Source of the DNA: Stramenopiles sp. TOSAG23-2
Taxonomy: Eukaryota
Length of the DNA stretch: 38,093 nt
NCBI GenBank assembly: GCA_900128395.1
Contig: LT649319.1
Coordinates: 1-38,093 of the forward strand
Direction: 5' to 3'
Shown here one piece after another: positions 1-13,200 of the stretch (its first letter is position 1; each line of letters starts with the position of its first letter). The notes under the pieces were generated by a model. The model saw only the letters and a program-made list of their open reading frames with translations. It was not told the DNA's origin and made no database searches. The translations under genes and the position numbers were made by a program.

Positions 1-192
1 ATTACTTTAACACGAGAAGTGTAAAATTATTATAACTTAGATTTTAACCAATATAATATATAATCAATATGATATTAAAAATTTAAACGCCGCGAATAAT
101 TTTTACATTTTACTTCATAATGATGATAATTCCTTCTAATGATACTCTTCAAAATTCAAAAGAATATTGCATATGCATATAGGATACACTTC

Positions 193-3100
193 CTATTTTC
201 TGTTGATTGGTTTATTTTTCGTTATTATTTGTGGAACAAACTGCTGAATGTCTAGGGATAAATTATCATACGTTGGCTTAACACGAAGTTTTGTATATGG
301 CCCAAAAATTTCACCATCCAGCATCACAGAGAAACCTTTTCCATCCCTAGATTTAATTACTATATCATTTGCAACAAACGTTGAAGCATCTTCATGATTT
401 GTCAAACATCTCTCAATTTCCTTAATGTCCTTTGTTCTTAACTCTTTTCTATTCTTTTTATTGGCGATAATTTCTTCACATTTAGAAGAGACTTTATACA
501 TAGAACAATATAAATATGTTTCAGCAAGTGAAACTTTAGATTTTTCATGTTCTGGTATATTGGATACACAAAATCGTATTAAAGGATCTGAACTTTCAAT
601 AGGGATAAGTTTCTTATCCGCTGCCACTTCTGAAGTACGACGAATATCCCTCAATTCATAATTTTTTTCAAGCTTCTTAATGCTTTTCTTTAAGAAAAAA
701 ATTTCAAATGTTTTTGACAAACTTTCACGTTCACTTATTGTCAGATATTGCATATACTTGCGCAATTTTTTAACATCTTTCTCATACGTTAGGCTACTAT
801 AACTGTCTTTATGACCAACTTCACTTCCAGAATTGTCATCTGCATATTTCGATGAATATACTTCTGGATAAATACCAATCTCAAGACTAGAACAAAAAGG
901 TATGGATAAATCTGAGGAGGAATCGTTACTCTCCTCATCATCGCCAGTGTCATGAACCCTTTCCCAACATTCACACATAAATATAGGTACAGAAAAGGTA
1001 GATTCAGCATTTTGAAAATAATGCTGTTTTAATGAAGATAAAACTTTTTGAGGACCTGTGCCTGCTGTTGTATTCAACGTCTTTGGACTCTCTTCTGCTT
1101 CTACATCGTCGTCTGACGTTACCCACGGTGGTCTTACAAATGGAATTGTCCATGATGGATAGCAAAAAGGTATGTATACATGTCGACAGTACCAAGGATC
1201 CACTGCAGCAATAGCTTCTGCTAAAAACGAATGTTGTGATGGTATCAAATAAAGACGGATATTCGGATTAAATTTGTTTTGTTCTACAAAGGAGACATAT
1301 GCACAAACGTAGCGGTGAACGACTTCAATACCACCGAGCAAACATATTGGCGTTTGCTTATCAAACTTTAAGACTAGGTCTTCCAATTCTTTCAAATCTG
1401 CATTATCTACGTAGCTACTATTGCCCTCCCTTAACGATGGAAAATCAACATTACTCCGTTTAAACGATTTCAATTTTATTTGATATGATGCACGATCGCT
1501 CCAGGTCAACTGTTTCAACTCATTTCTTGAAGAGAAATCTTTTAATAGACCAGATACTCTTGGTTTACATTTTTCATATGTTTCGTCATCAAATGCTTCC
1601 AACAATTGCGATTTAATATCTTTATACGTTACATTTATTTCCCCGCGAGTGCTAATGGCGTTCTGCATAAGGTCTACTGCTTTTTCGATAAGTGCCGTTT
1701 CTTTTTCTTCAATATTTAATGATTCTATTTTTTCCTTATCCTCCCTGTTGCTTTTTTCCTTTTTCCTTTTTAAATCCTTAAAATACTCAAACTGCAGATT
1801 TTTTACCAGCTTTGTGACAACTTTCACACGATTTTCAAACACTTCGACATGGCTCAGTTTAGCCAAATCTTCCATAATGTAAAATGTATCATTGACAAAA
1901 CGTTGCACATCCTCACTACTCATAACATGACGTATGTAACTCAAAAGATGATCCCGTGTATAAAATGTATATATTTCTCTATCTCTATCTTTTGACTCAA
2001 CGTCGTCGTAAGTGTCTAATACCTTTTCGTCTAAAAAGCTTGAACTAATAAAATTAATCAATAAAAGTCTTTTAATCGAATCGACTTTTTGGCTGTATTT
2101 TTTTCGCGCCACACTATCTTCTCTTACATCATCCCAAAAATGATAAAATATATAGGAGCGAGAGTTGGAATTTTCACCAGAAAATATATAAATTTTATTT
2201 AATTCAACGGTCTCGTCGTTTTCGATATCATGAAAATCAATTAATTCGCCAAGGACATTAATATTATGCTCCCATGCCATACGACCAGGTATTTTCGATT
2301 CATTATATATTCTATCCAATACTTGCAATGCAACGTATCCATAAGGGCTAGGCCATGACGACATAATTTGTACTGCACGTGCAACCTCAGCTAGGACAGA
2401 TCGATCCTCAAACGGCGCGATGGTTAGCAACCATTTGGTTAAAGTTAAAGCAGATAAAGAGTACACCATAGCTTCGGTAGCATTTTGTTTAGCCATAGAT
2501 ATAATTAGCGCAAATACATGTTGTAGGCATTCATATGCCTCCCTTGCATTTTTAGCACTGGCTTCAGAATCAATTGAAAGCAATTGTTCAAGATATACGA
2601 ACCAAAAGGCATTGTTGCCTTGCTCTAGAAATGCCAGTCGTTGACTTTGACATGGCTGGGAACAATTTCGGTTAATGCTATTAATATTGTTGCCATTGTT
2701 GCTCGAATAGCCATATTTGCTGTTCGAATGATAAGTATCATCTTTGTTACTATTCCCGTTACGGTTGCGGAAACCGCCACTATATGACTTACTCATCTTT
2801 GAATCTTTTTGTTCATTTGTTGCATAAAACCTATTACCAAAAGTACAGCGATATATACATTGTTTCACCTCCGAATCGCTTACTTTGAATTTTTCATCCA
2901 TGATTAATAAACCACAATCTATTTGTTTTTCCAGTCTATGAATAATAAATTTTGTATCCCAATATATAATGCTCTGATTCTCGATGAGTTCACTAAATAA
3001 GCTGCCTTTACCTCTGAAATATTTTATGAATGATTTAATGGACTCTTTTACTAATTTTTTATTCCCGCTTTGAGTATTCACGCTATCATTAAATAGACAA

Positions 3101-3414
3101 ATATATGTAACACAGTTACGAACGCATGCATACATTTCTAATAGTTCAAATAAGACTAAATCATTACTTTTGTTATTCTTCATTTCTTTATCTATCGTTT
3201 GAATTGAAGATATTAAAAAATGAAGATAGTTATTTAGATGACGATCTTCTCCATTCCAAAAAGAAGTATGTTCATCAGGAGTTAAAACTGCTAGCTCTTT
3301 ATCAGCCAACTTTGTCATTATTTTTGTAATATGAGTCCACCAATTATTTGCTGTTATTGAACGATTTTTTTTTGTACTTCTTGACATCGTATTAAAACGT
3401 TTACGAAAAGTCAT
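193..3414 (-). CDS. Phosphoinositide 3-kinase class IB regulatory subunit (p101/p87, PIK3R5/6)-like protein
   Basis: Uninterrupted ~1070-aa ORF. The track start at 3441 is GTG; the first ATG is at 3414 and an alternative is at 3387. Motifs resemble recalled p101/p87 blocks in the right order: LAEVARAVQIMSSWPSPYGYVALQVLDRIYNESKIPG (cf. p101 LTWPVPYCS...ELKAPG), ICLLGG...AY...IRLYLIP, AIAAVDPWYCRHV (cf. LGMLDPWYERNV) and C-terminal FSVMLDG. Confidence 0.6.
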   Translation of the reverse strand: MTFRKRFNTMSRSTKKNRSITANNWWTHITKIMTKLADKELAVLTPDEHTSFWNGEDRHLNNYLHFLISSIQTIDKEMKNNKSNDLVLFELLEMYACVRNCVTYICLFNDSVNTQSGNKKLVKESIKSFIKYFRGKGSLFSELIENQSIIYWDTKFIIHRLEKQIDCGLLIMDEKFKVSDSEVKQCIYRCTFGNRFYATNEQKDSKMSKSYSGGFRNRNGNSNKDDTYHSNSKYGYSSNNGNNINSINRNCSQPCQSQRLAFLEQGNNAFWFVYLEQLLSIDSEASAKNAREAYECLQHVFALIISMAKQNATEAMVYSLSALTLTKWLLTIAPFEDRSVLAEVARAVQIMSSWPSPYGYVALQVLDRIYNESKIPGRMAWEHNINVLGELIDFHDIENDETVELNKIYIFSGENSNSRSYIFYHFWDDVREDSVARKKYSQKVDSIKRLLLINFISSSFLDEKVLDTYDDVESKDRDREIYTFYTRDHLLSYIRHVMSSEDVQRFVNDTFYIMEDLAKLSHVEVFENRVKVVTKLVKNLQFEYFKDLKRKKEKSNREDKEKIESLNIEEKETALIEKAVDLMQNAISTRGEINVTYKDIKSQLLEAFDDETYEKCKPRVSGLLKDFSSRNELKQLTWSDRASYQIKLKSFKRSNVDFPSLREGNSSYVDNADLKELEDLVLKFDKQTPICLLGGIEVVHRYVCAYVSFVEQNKFNPNIRLYLIPSQHSFLAEAIAAVDPWYCRHVYIPFCYPSWTIPFVRPPWVTSDDDVEAEESPKTLNTTAGTGPQKVLSSLKQHYFQNAESTFSVPIFMCECWERVHDTGDDEESNDSSSDLSIPFCSSLEIGIYPEVYSSKYADDNSGSEVGHKDSYSSLTYEKDVKKLRKYMQYLTISERESLSKTFEIFFLKKSIKKLEKNYELRDIRRTSEVAADKKLIPIESSDPLIRFCVSNIPEHEKSKVSLAETYLYCSMYKVSSKCEEIIANKKNRKELRTKDIKEIERCLTNHEDASTFVANDIVIKSRDGKGFSVMLDGEIFGPYTKLRVKPTYDNLSLDIQQFVPQIITKNKPINRK

Positions 3415-4286
3415 ATTATTCTTATTATATTGTCTATACACAATAATAATGTTAAAAGAGAAACAAACCTGTTTTAGGAATAATAATAAAAATAATAATA
3501 GCAGAAGAAAAGCTATTAAATATATATATTGAAGTGGTTATATAATCTAATGAGTGGTTTTATAAATCATCAATAAATCATTCTATATAAAATATATATT
3601 ATAAATAAAAAATAAATTAATAATTATTTCCATTATTCATTTTTTTTGTTGAGATCGGTGGTGAGCACGTATTTATAATGATGAAAAAAATATCTTTTCT
3701 ATTTTTTTATTTCCTCACAGTTTCACTCAATTTAAAATTAGGGTTTCATCAAGGCCATGCGTGTGGGATTTTTTGTTGCTACACAGTCTTTTATTTTTAA
3801 AATGTACAAATATTATTACTGCCCCTACTCTTATAAAGTGCTGCAGTTGACTGGTGAATAAATATGTATTTATAATAAAAAGGCAAATAAAAAGACAAAG
3901 TATTGCATATGGGGTATATATTTTGTCAAATATTCAAACAGCTTTAATCTAATATTCATCATTTATTCGTTGTGTTTATGTTAATTCCGGGTGCTGTGCC
4001 ATTTGGTTGACATTTTTCTTAATGCTGTTGGCATGCTATTTCACATTTTTTATCTACATGTAAAAAAAAAAAACACTGTAGTAAATATAAATATAGAATA
4101 ATAATAATAATGTTGTTAATAACTAAAAAAACAATAGAATATAGATTTAAATATGCAATATTACATACAAAACAGAAAAAAGTAATACGATCAAAGAGAA
4201 AGATTTATAAAAACTATTAACTTTCTCCAAAATCGAAATACAGATTAAAAAGACATATATATATTTATTATATTAGTATATATAAA

Positions 4287-7200
4287 ATGTCTACCCCACC
4301 TCCATTAGTGTGGGAAAAGGTAACACCAAAAACTAGTTTTAGGCCACCACGTCGTTCCGGCCATACAATTACTAGTGTCGACGAATTTTTATTTTTATTT
4401 GGTGGATGTATATATGATGATGGATTCGAAAGAAGCGAAAGCAAAGCAAGAACTAGCAATAGTCTCTTCACGTACAACATTGATATGAACGAGTGGAAGC
4501 AACCAAAAATAGGTTCCAATGAAGTGCCAGCACCTCGTTGGCATCATACTTGTACACGGTTTGAGAATAAACTTGTAGTTTTTGGTGGTTTTCAAGATGA
4601 TGCAAAAAGACTGAATGATGTATGGGTGTTAGATACTCGTGCATACAAGTGGTCACAACCTATTAAACTAAAGTCAGAGTCTGAAATATCACCAGATACG
4701 ACATTGCGAAATAGACTAGGGCCAACTCCATTGCCAAGGGGTGAACACGCATCTGCAAAAATAGGCAATAAGCTCTACGTTTTTGGCGGTTACGGTGGTC
4801 TTGGTTTTGCGAGAAGAGATTTTAATGATATGTACGCACTAGACACGGAAACGTGGTCATGGGAACGTATTGAATATGCAAAAATCGAGCTCGGAGAAGA
4901 TGATGAAGATGATGAAGACGAGGAAGCATTGAATCCTGAACCACCAGCCAGAGCAGGGCATAAAATGGATGCCATCGGTGATACAAAACTTGTTGTACAT
5001 GGTGGTTGGTCAAATAAAGAACAATTTAACGATGTTTGGATTTTTGACGTTGTTACAAGACGATGGGAAGAACTTGTATGGGATGAAGAGGCGCCATCCG
5101 GCCCAGCTAGATGGAGTCATGGGGCAGTAGTTATTGATGCTATTCCAGATCCCCAGCTTTATATATGGGGTGGCTTAACGGGGGCTTTGAGCACTGGTAA
5201 AAAACCGTCTGGTACTTACATGAACGATACGAGACTATATAATATAACAAACCAGACATGGAAAGAGCTACCGTTTCAAAAGAAATTTCGTGGACGATGC
5301 GATACTCCTTTAACATATCGCCAGAAAACTGGGAACTTTTATGTTTTTGGAGGTTGGTCAAATAAATGGTACAATGATTTATGGAAAGCAGATATGAATA
5401 GCATTATTGGGCCACCATATCACGTAACCAAAGTCGAACCAACATTTGGTAGTATTAAGGGAGGCACCAATATTACTTTGACTGGAATAGGTTTTAACGA
5501 TACAAGAAATGTGAAAGTGCAATTCGATGCCGGGGATGCATATCAAAATGAAGAGGCATTTGGAGTATACGTCTCAGATACTGAAATCAAGTGTGAAACT
5601 CCAAACTTGGAAGCGTTTTTAAATAAAACGGGGCGTGTTTGTAATATTTCCGTTTCGTTAGATGGTCAAATACATACTATTTATAACGTAAATTTTGAAT
5701 TTTTCACGGTCACTAGCGCTGTACATTCAGCCGTATTTGGCCCAGCATTGTTAAATGGTGTGCCTACAGGACAACGATCTGAATTCACAATAATTACTCG
5801 AGATAAATTTGGTGAGATTCGTAAATATGGTGGCGATGAGTTTACCGTACTTGTTCAAAGAGTCGTGCCACAAGCTGAAATAGATGCTGAGAAGGAAGAA
5901 GAAGAAGGTGAAGAAAAAGAAGATGATGAAGACGAATCAGGAAGTGATTCTGATGACGAATCTGATGAGGAAGAAGAGGGAGAGAAAAAGGAAGAGGAAG
6001 AGGAAGAAAGACTTGAAGACATCGAATGTACCATCGTAGATAGCGGCAATGGATCTCATATCGTTTCTTTTTTCCCAGAGAAGACAGGTGAATATAGAAT
6101 AACTCCTTCCTATGATGGTACTTTCGGTGGGAACCCAGGTCCTTTGTGCGAACCAGTTACAGTGCGTGTTGTTGATGGTGCCGGATTCGATGAAAATTAC
6201 GGATTGATGACAGGTGACGCATATAAAAAAGTATTAAATGACATGATTAAAGGTTTTAGCCAAAAGATAAAAGGGTATGAAATTATTTTGGGTAGAACTG
6301 TAGAAGAAGGGGATGTGAAATCTCTCCTTGATTGTAAATCAACCATTTTCGCTGTACAAAGTGGGCAAGCCGATATGCATAAGCTTTTCGAAGATTGCAA
6401 AATGGCAGTGCATTACTTGCATGAGCAAGGAAATGATATGTCCACAGAAAGTAAATACATCACTTCTTCAGAAAATCTATGGAAAGTATTAACATCCAAA
6501 GCACCAGACAAGGCAAAAGAGATTAAAACAGCAGAAAAAGCGACTGGTAAACATGTACAAGGTGAATTAGATACTTACGTCCACGAATCAAAAGATTATC
6601 GTTACAACTTTGGCGTCACGCCAGACTTTTGGCGTTGGGATATCACGTATGCTGAAGCTTTGCAAGCAATTGAAAAATATGAGACAGGACATAAAATGAA
6701 AACAAATGAATTCAATCGTTGGTATGAGCTTTCTATAGTATTTGACAAAGAAGATCAATTACAACAGACAAAAAAAGCAATGAAATTCATAGACAACACT
6801 TTGATGGCAATCCGTGATCTATGGAGTGTTATTAACAGTATCAGAGGTGAATACGACGAAGTCTCTCAGGAATTGTGGGATGAATTAGACCCAGAGGCAA
6901 TGGAAGCTCAATCCAAAAGAATGGTGAAAACTGTAAGAAAAATGCCACGTGATGTTAGAGGTCATGATGCGTTTGATGGGATAGCTGACTTGGCTAAAAA
7001 TTATATGACAGTTGTTCCGTTGATTGCAGCAATTTTACATCCATCGATGAGACCAAGACATTGGGATCAAATGAGAAAAGCAGCAAAAAAAGATTTCGAA
7101 GACCCATTGCAAAATCCAAAGCAAAAGCTGAAACAAATTATGGCACTAGATATGCATTTGTTTGCTGGCGAAGTTGAAGATATCAGTGACCAAGCGCTAA

Positions 7201-10200
7201 AGGAAGAAAAAATGGAGAAGCAATTAGCAATATTGAAAGAGAATTGGGCATGCGTCGAATGGGTAGAAGAACAATACCAAGAAGGTTCTGATATATATAT
7301 GTTACGTATCGGTGAAGACGACTTTGAAATGTTGGAAAATGACCAACTGACGGTCCAAGGTATGATGGGATCTAGATTCCTAGCTACATTTGAAAAGGAA
7401 GTTACTACATGGCAAAAGGAACTTGCAGGTATTTCAGAAAATTCCAACTTGATATCCGAGGTACAGCGCCTTTGGTCCTATTTAGAACCTTTGTTCATCG
7501 GATCAGAGGAGGTGAAAAAAGAATTGGCAGAAGATGCTGCAAGATTTGTCCAAATTGATATGGATGTGAAATCTATCTTAAAGGAAGCTCGCAAAACCAA
7601 AAGTATTATACGTGCCGCTAACAAAGAAGGTTTATTTGAGCATCTTGAATCAACAGAAAAAGGGTTGAATATATGTAAACGATCGTTAATGGATTTCTTA
7701 GATCAAAAACGAACACAATTCCCACGGTTCTACTTCACTTCGGAAGCTGATCTTCTTGACATATTGAGTAATGGTAACGTACCAACAAAAATAGCACATC
7801 ATGTCACGAAAGTGTATTTGAAAGTGAAAGCATTTCAAATAGATGAGCGTAACCCAAAAGAAAGACCATGGGTACCTAGATTTTTTTCCACGTGCGGCGG
7901 AGAAAAAGTAACTCTGAACCAAGAAATTCAATTACTAGGAAAGCCTGAAGTTTATCTACAAACATTTTTAGATGCAATGACAGAAACATTGAAGATAAAA
8001 TTCCATGAATGTTGGAAATACGCCCAAGAATTATCACGCGTTGATTGGTTGATGGAACAAGTGCCTGATCCATTAGAAAAGAACGAAACGCACGCGGATC
8101 CGCGTTCCCCAGCTCAATTAACACTGCTTTGTTCATTTATTCAATATGTCGTTGATTGCGAACAAGCCATATCCTCCGGTAAATTGAAGCAATTTAATCA
8201 AGCTCAAAGAAAAGATATTTCTGATTTGGTAAACATTACCATTAACCCAAAATTAACTAAAAATGAAAGACAGCGTGTGATGTGTATGATTACTATGGAT
8301 GCTCACAATCGTGATATAGTAGCAAAACTAATACGCGAGGAAGTAGACAGAGTAGATCATTTTCTGTGGCAATCCCAATTAAAACCTAGACGTGATCCAG
8401 AGAACGACAACCTCCCAACTTACACCGTTTTGAATGGTTTCTTCCCATATGGTTTTGAATACATTGGTAATGACGGTCGATTAGTTGTTACTCCATTAAC
8501 AGATCGTATTTATGTAACATCGACTGTTGGGTTATATTTAAAAATGGGAGTAGCACCTGCAGGCCCAGCTGGTACTGGAAAAACAGAGACTGTTAAGGAT
8601 TTGTCCATGAACTTCGGTTATACTATTTATGTCTTCAATTGTTCTCCAGAGATGGACTACATTTCCATGGGTAATGTCTTTAAAGGTCTTGGTGCGACAG
8701 GATCATGGGGGTGTTTCGATGAATTTAATAGACTTCGTGTAGAAGTGCTTTCTGTTGTAACAGTGCAATTTAAAGCTCTTTGCGATGGTTTGAAAGCTGA
8801 TCAACACAAGGTTACGATTGAAGGCGATACTGTTGCCTTGATACATTCCGTAGGAGTATTCATTACCATGAATCCTGGATATATTGGACGTGCAGAGTTA
8901 CCGGAAGGTTTAAAAGCATTGTTCCGACCAATGACTGTGATGGTTCCTGATCTTGTTCTTATTTGTGAGAATATGCTGATGGCAGAAGGATTCCAGGAAG
9001 CTACGGCGCTTGCTTCAAAGTTTTATGGTTTATATTCCCTTTTAAATGATTTATTGTCAAAGCAGTTGCATTACGATTGGGGTCTTCGTGCTGTAAAGAG
9101 TGTATTGCGTGTAGCTGGTGGGTTCAAACGCCAAGAACCGGATGTAGATGAGCAGATTATTTTATGTCGTGCTTTGAGAGATTTCAATACGCCTAAAATT
9201 GTTGCACAGGATTGGGTTATTTTCTTCGGTTTATTGGGTGATCTTTTCCCGGGAATTGATCCTCCACGCAAGCGCGATATGGCACTAGAGGATTGCGTTG
9301 CCCAAGCATGCGAAGAGAAGGGCTTATGGAAAGACGAATACTTCCAACGAAAATGTGTCGAATTGTCTGAGTTACTTGCTATTAGGCATTGTGTTTTCGT
9401 CATGGGACCTCCAGCTGCAGGAAAGTCAGAAACTTGGAGAACATTGGCTAAAGCACAAACCATCGGTGGCCAAAAAACCAAGGTACAGGATATTAATCCT
9501 AAATCAATTACGCCGCAAGAATTGTATGGTTACATTACATTAGCCACAAGGGAGTGGAAAGATGGCTTATTGTCCAAAATCATGCGGGATATGGGTAACG
9601 AAAGCGACGAAAATCCCAAGTGGATTATCATGGACGGTGATTTAGATACTAATTGGATTGAGTCAATGAACAGTGTAATGGATATGAACAAAACGCTAAC
9701 ATTAGCAAGTAACGAAAGGATTCCATTAAAACCTCATATGAAAATGATGTTTGAAATCCGAGACTTAAGATTCGCGTCATTGGCAACCGTTAGTCGTGCT
9801 GGTGTCTTATACATCAGTACTGATGGTGGAGAGCAATGGCGAGCATTAATTTCTAGTTGGGTAGACAACAAATCAAAGTTTGGTGCGTCAACTGCTGTTC
9901 AAAATGTATTGCATGCGTTGTTTAAAGAGTACTGCGCAGATACATTGCATTACTTGAAAGCTGAATGTAAATCAATTGTACCATTAGAAGATATGGCATA
10001 TATTATGTCCTTACTTTACATGTTGGATACCATGGTGAACGAGGAATATTTTGAAACCTTATCAAAGTTGGACGACGAGAAAGAAATCCGTACCACTTTC
10101 GAGCCTCGCTTTGTTTTTGCAGGTGTATGGGCATTTGGTGCATCCATGTTTGAATTTGAAGGAACAGATTATAGTGAAAAATTTAGTAAATGGTGGATGG

Positions 10201-13200
10201 GAAAATTTAAAAATGTTCGCCTGCCAACTCGTGGTTCCGTTTTTGATTTGTATTTAGATGTTGAAAATGAAGAAGGGGACACGTTTATACCATGGGCACA
10301 ATCTAAATATTTTTATCCAGTAAAATACAAAGCTGGGACACCAATGGATTCTATTACAATTCCTACACCAGAATCAAGTGCAAATGCTCATTGGTTGGTA
10401 TCGCTAATGCACATGACTAAGCCAGTAATGATTGTTGGCCCTGCTGGATGTGGTAAAACACAACTGATTTCTGGCATGTTGGGACAAGAGGACGAGGCAG
10501 TAAGGAAATCTGCGACAATTAATTTCAACTTTTATACATCAAGTCAAGCATTGCAAGATACCATTACAAGCAAAATTGTTAAACGGGTTGGATCCAATTT
10601 CGGGCCAGCCGGAAAAGCCAAAATGGTATTTTTCGTTGATGATTTTAATTTGCCAGAAGTTGATATTTACGACACTCAAAGTGCTATTGCCTTAATGAGA
10701 CAAGTAATTGAATACCAACGATGGTTCGACCGCATTAAATTAGGGCCAATGAATATCCAAGATTGTCAATACATAGCTGCTATGAATCCAACGGCGGGAA
10801 GTTTCTACTTAAATCCACGCTTACAAAGGCATTTTGTTACAATGGCGATGGATCTTCCAGGCGCAACAAGTCTCTTGACAATTTTTACAACGTATTTAGA
10901 TGGTCATTTGCAAAAGTTCAACGACGATATTAAAGGAATCGCACCAAATTTGATTCAAGGTGCGTTGGAAGTACACAATTTAGTTATTAATACGTTTAGG
11001 AAATCTGCTGTGAACTTCCATTATGAATTTAATCTTCGACATCTTCAAAATGTATTCCAAGGATTACTGATGTCAACCCCTAAAGCGTTTAAAGATCCGT
11101 CCAAATTTGTCCAACTATGGTGTCATGAGTCTGAAAGAATTTATAGTGATCGATTGGTCAATACAGACCATATTGCGAAGTTTAGCGAATTGATCAAAAC
11201 TTGTGCTAAGAAAAAATTTAGTTCGTTTAATGCCGATATTTCCGCATTGTATGCAGATAAAGACCCTAAACCACTTATTTTTACACCTTTTGCAAAAGGT
11301 ACGTCTGATTTAGTTTATAATCAAGCGAAAAGTATGAAAAAATTAACAGCCATTTGTAACAAAACTTTGGATTCATACAACGAATCGAATGCGGCAATGA
11401 ATTTAGTTTTATTTGAAGATGCTGTAAAGCACGTTTGTCGTATAGGGCGTATTATATCTAATGCAAGTGGACATTGCTTATCTGTGGGTGTTGGAGGTAG
11501 CGGTAAACGCAGTTTAGCTCGTTTAGCAGCGTTCAGCTTAGGTTTTGGACTTAAAACTATTACAATTAACCAGACCTATGGCCTCACCGATTTAAAAGAA
11601 GATTTGCAAAAATTTTACAAAGATGCGGGTGTTAAAAATCTCGGTACATTGTTTTTATTCACCGATTCTCAAATCACAAATGAAAGATTTTTGGTTTATA
11701 TTAATGATTTATTAGCTAGTGGTAACATTCCAGATTTATATCAACAAGAAGAGAAAGATGAGATCATAAATGAATGTACCAAGGCAGCTAAAGAGTCTGG
11801 CTTAGTTCCGGAGCCAGAGATAGTTTGGGAATTTTTTATGACTCGTATACGCAAAAATCTTCATGTATGTTTATGTTTCTCTCCTGTGGGAGAAGCATTC
11901 CGTAGTCGTGCATTGAAATTTCCTGCTTTGATCAACTCAACTGTGATTGATTGGTTCCAACCTTGGCCAGAAAAAGCACTGATTGGTGTAGCGCAAGAAT
12001 TTTTAGGCGAAGAAGAACTTGGTGAGCCATACATGAAACAAGCAATCGTGAGTTTCATGCCTTATGCATTTACAAATGTAAATGATATCGCAAAAGACTT
12101 CTTGGAGGTCGAGAAACGATCTGTATATACTACACCAAAATCGTTTTTGGAATGTATTAAACTTTATAAAACACTTCTTGAGAAAAAACGTGAGCAAGCC
12201 ATGAAATCTATTGAACGTTTAGAAAATGGTTGTTTAAAATTAAATCAAACTGCCGCTAGTGTTCAAAAATTATCGGATGACCTGGCAATAATGCTTGCAG
12301 CTGCGGAAGTAAAGAAAAATAATTCTGAAGCCATTGCTGCAAAAGTTGCAATTGAGAAGGATAGCGCGCAAGAAGAGACCGCAAAAGCTGACCTTGAAAA
12401 ACAAAAGGCTGATGAGATCGAGGCGGATGTGACAAGAAGGCAAGCTGCAGCAAAAGAGGTTATGGATAAAGCACAACCAGCAGTTGATGCTGCTATGGCT
12501 GCGCTGGATACGTTAAACAAAAAAGATCTTGGGGAGGCAAAAACGATGAACAAAGCACCTGAGGGTGTTGCACCAGTTTTTGCAGCAGTTGCACAACTGC
12601 TATGTGGTATGCCTGATGCCTCGAATGGAGATATTGCCTCGATTTCAGAAAATATCGTTATCAAAAAAAGTGGTGCTGTTAAAGACGAAAGTTGGGCAGC
12701 ATCAAAGAAGTCATGTCTAACAGATATCGCCGGCTTTTTGCGTGCTTTATTAGCATACAAAGAGTGTATCGAAGCGAATGAACCACCAGATGCAAATTTC
12801 AAGCATATTAGAAAATATATTAAAGATGAGGGATTTGATGCCGATATTATTAGGGTAAAAAATTCTGCTGCTGCAGGATTATGTGCATGGGTACAAAATA
12901 TTGTTATCTATAGAGATATTCATGTAGAAGTAGAGCCGCTTCGTATTGAACTTGAGGAGTGTAATGTACGCTTACAAGGGGCACGAGAATCGCTAGCATC
13001 TGCAAAAGAACGATTGGGGAAACTTCAAGAGCTTCTTGATAAATTAAAGGAAGAATCAGACCAAGCAGAAAAAGACAAGGCAGAGGCTATTGAACAGGTA
13101 GAGAAAGGTGAAGCAAAACTGGATCTTGCGCAACGTCTTACCCGAGCGTTGGATAGCGAAGGGGGTAGATGGATGGCTAATATTAAAGTATTGGAGAGTG

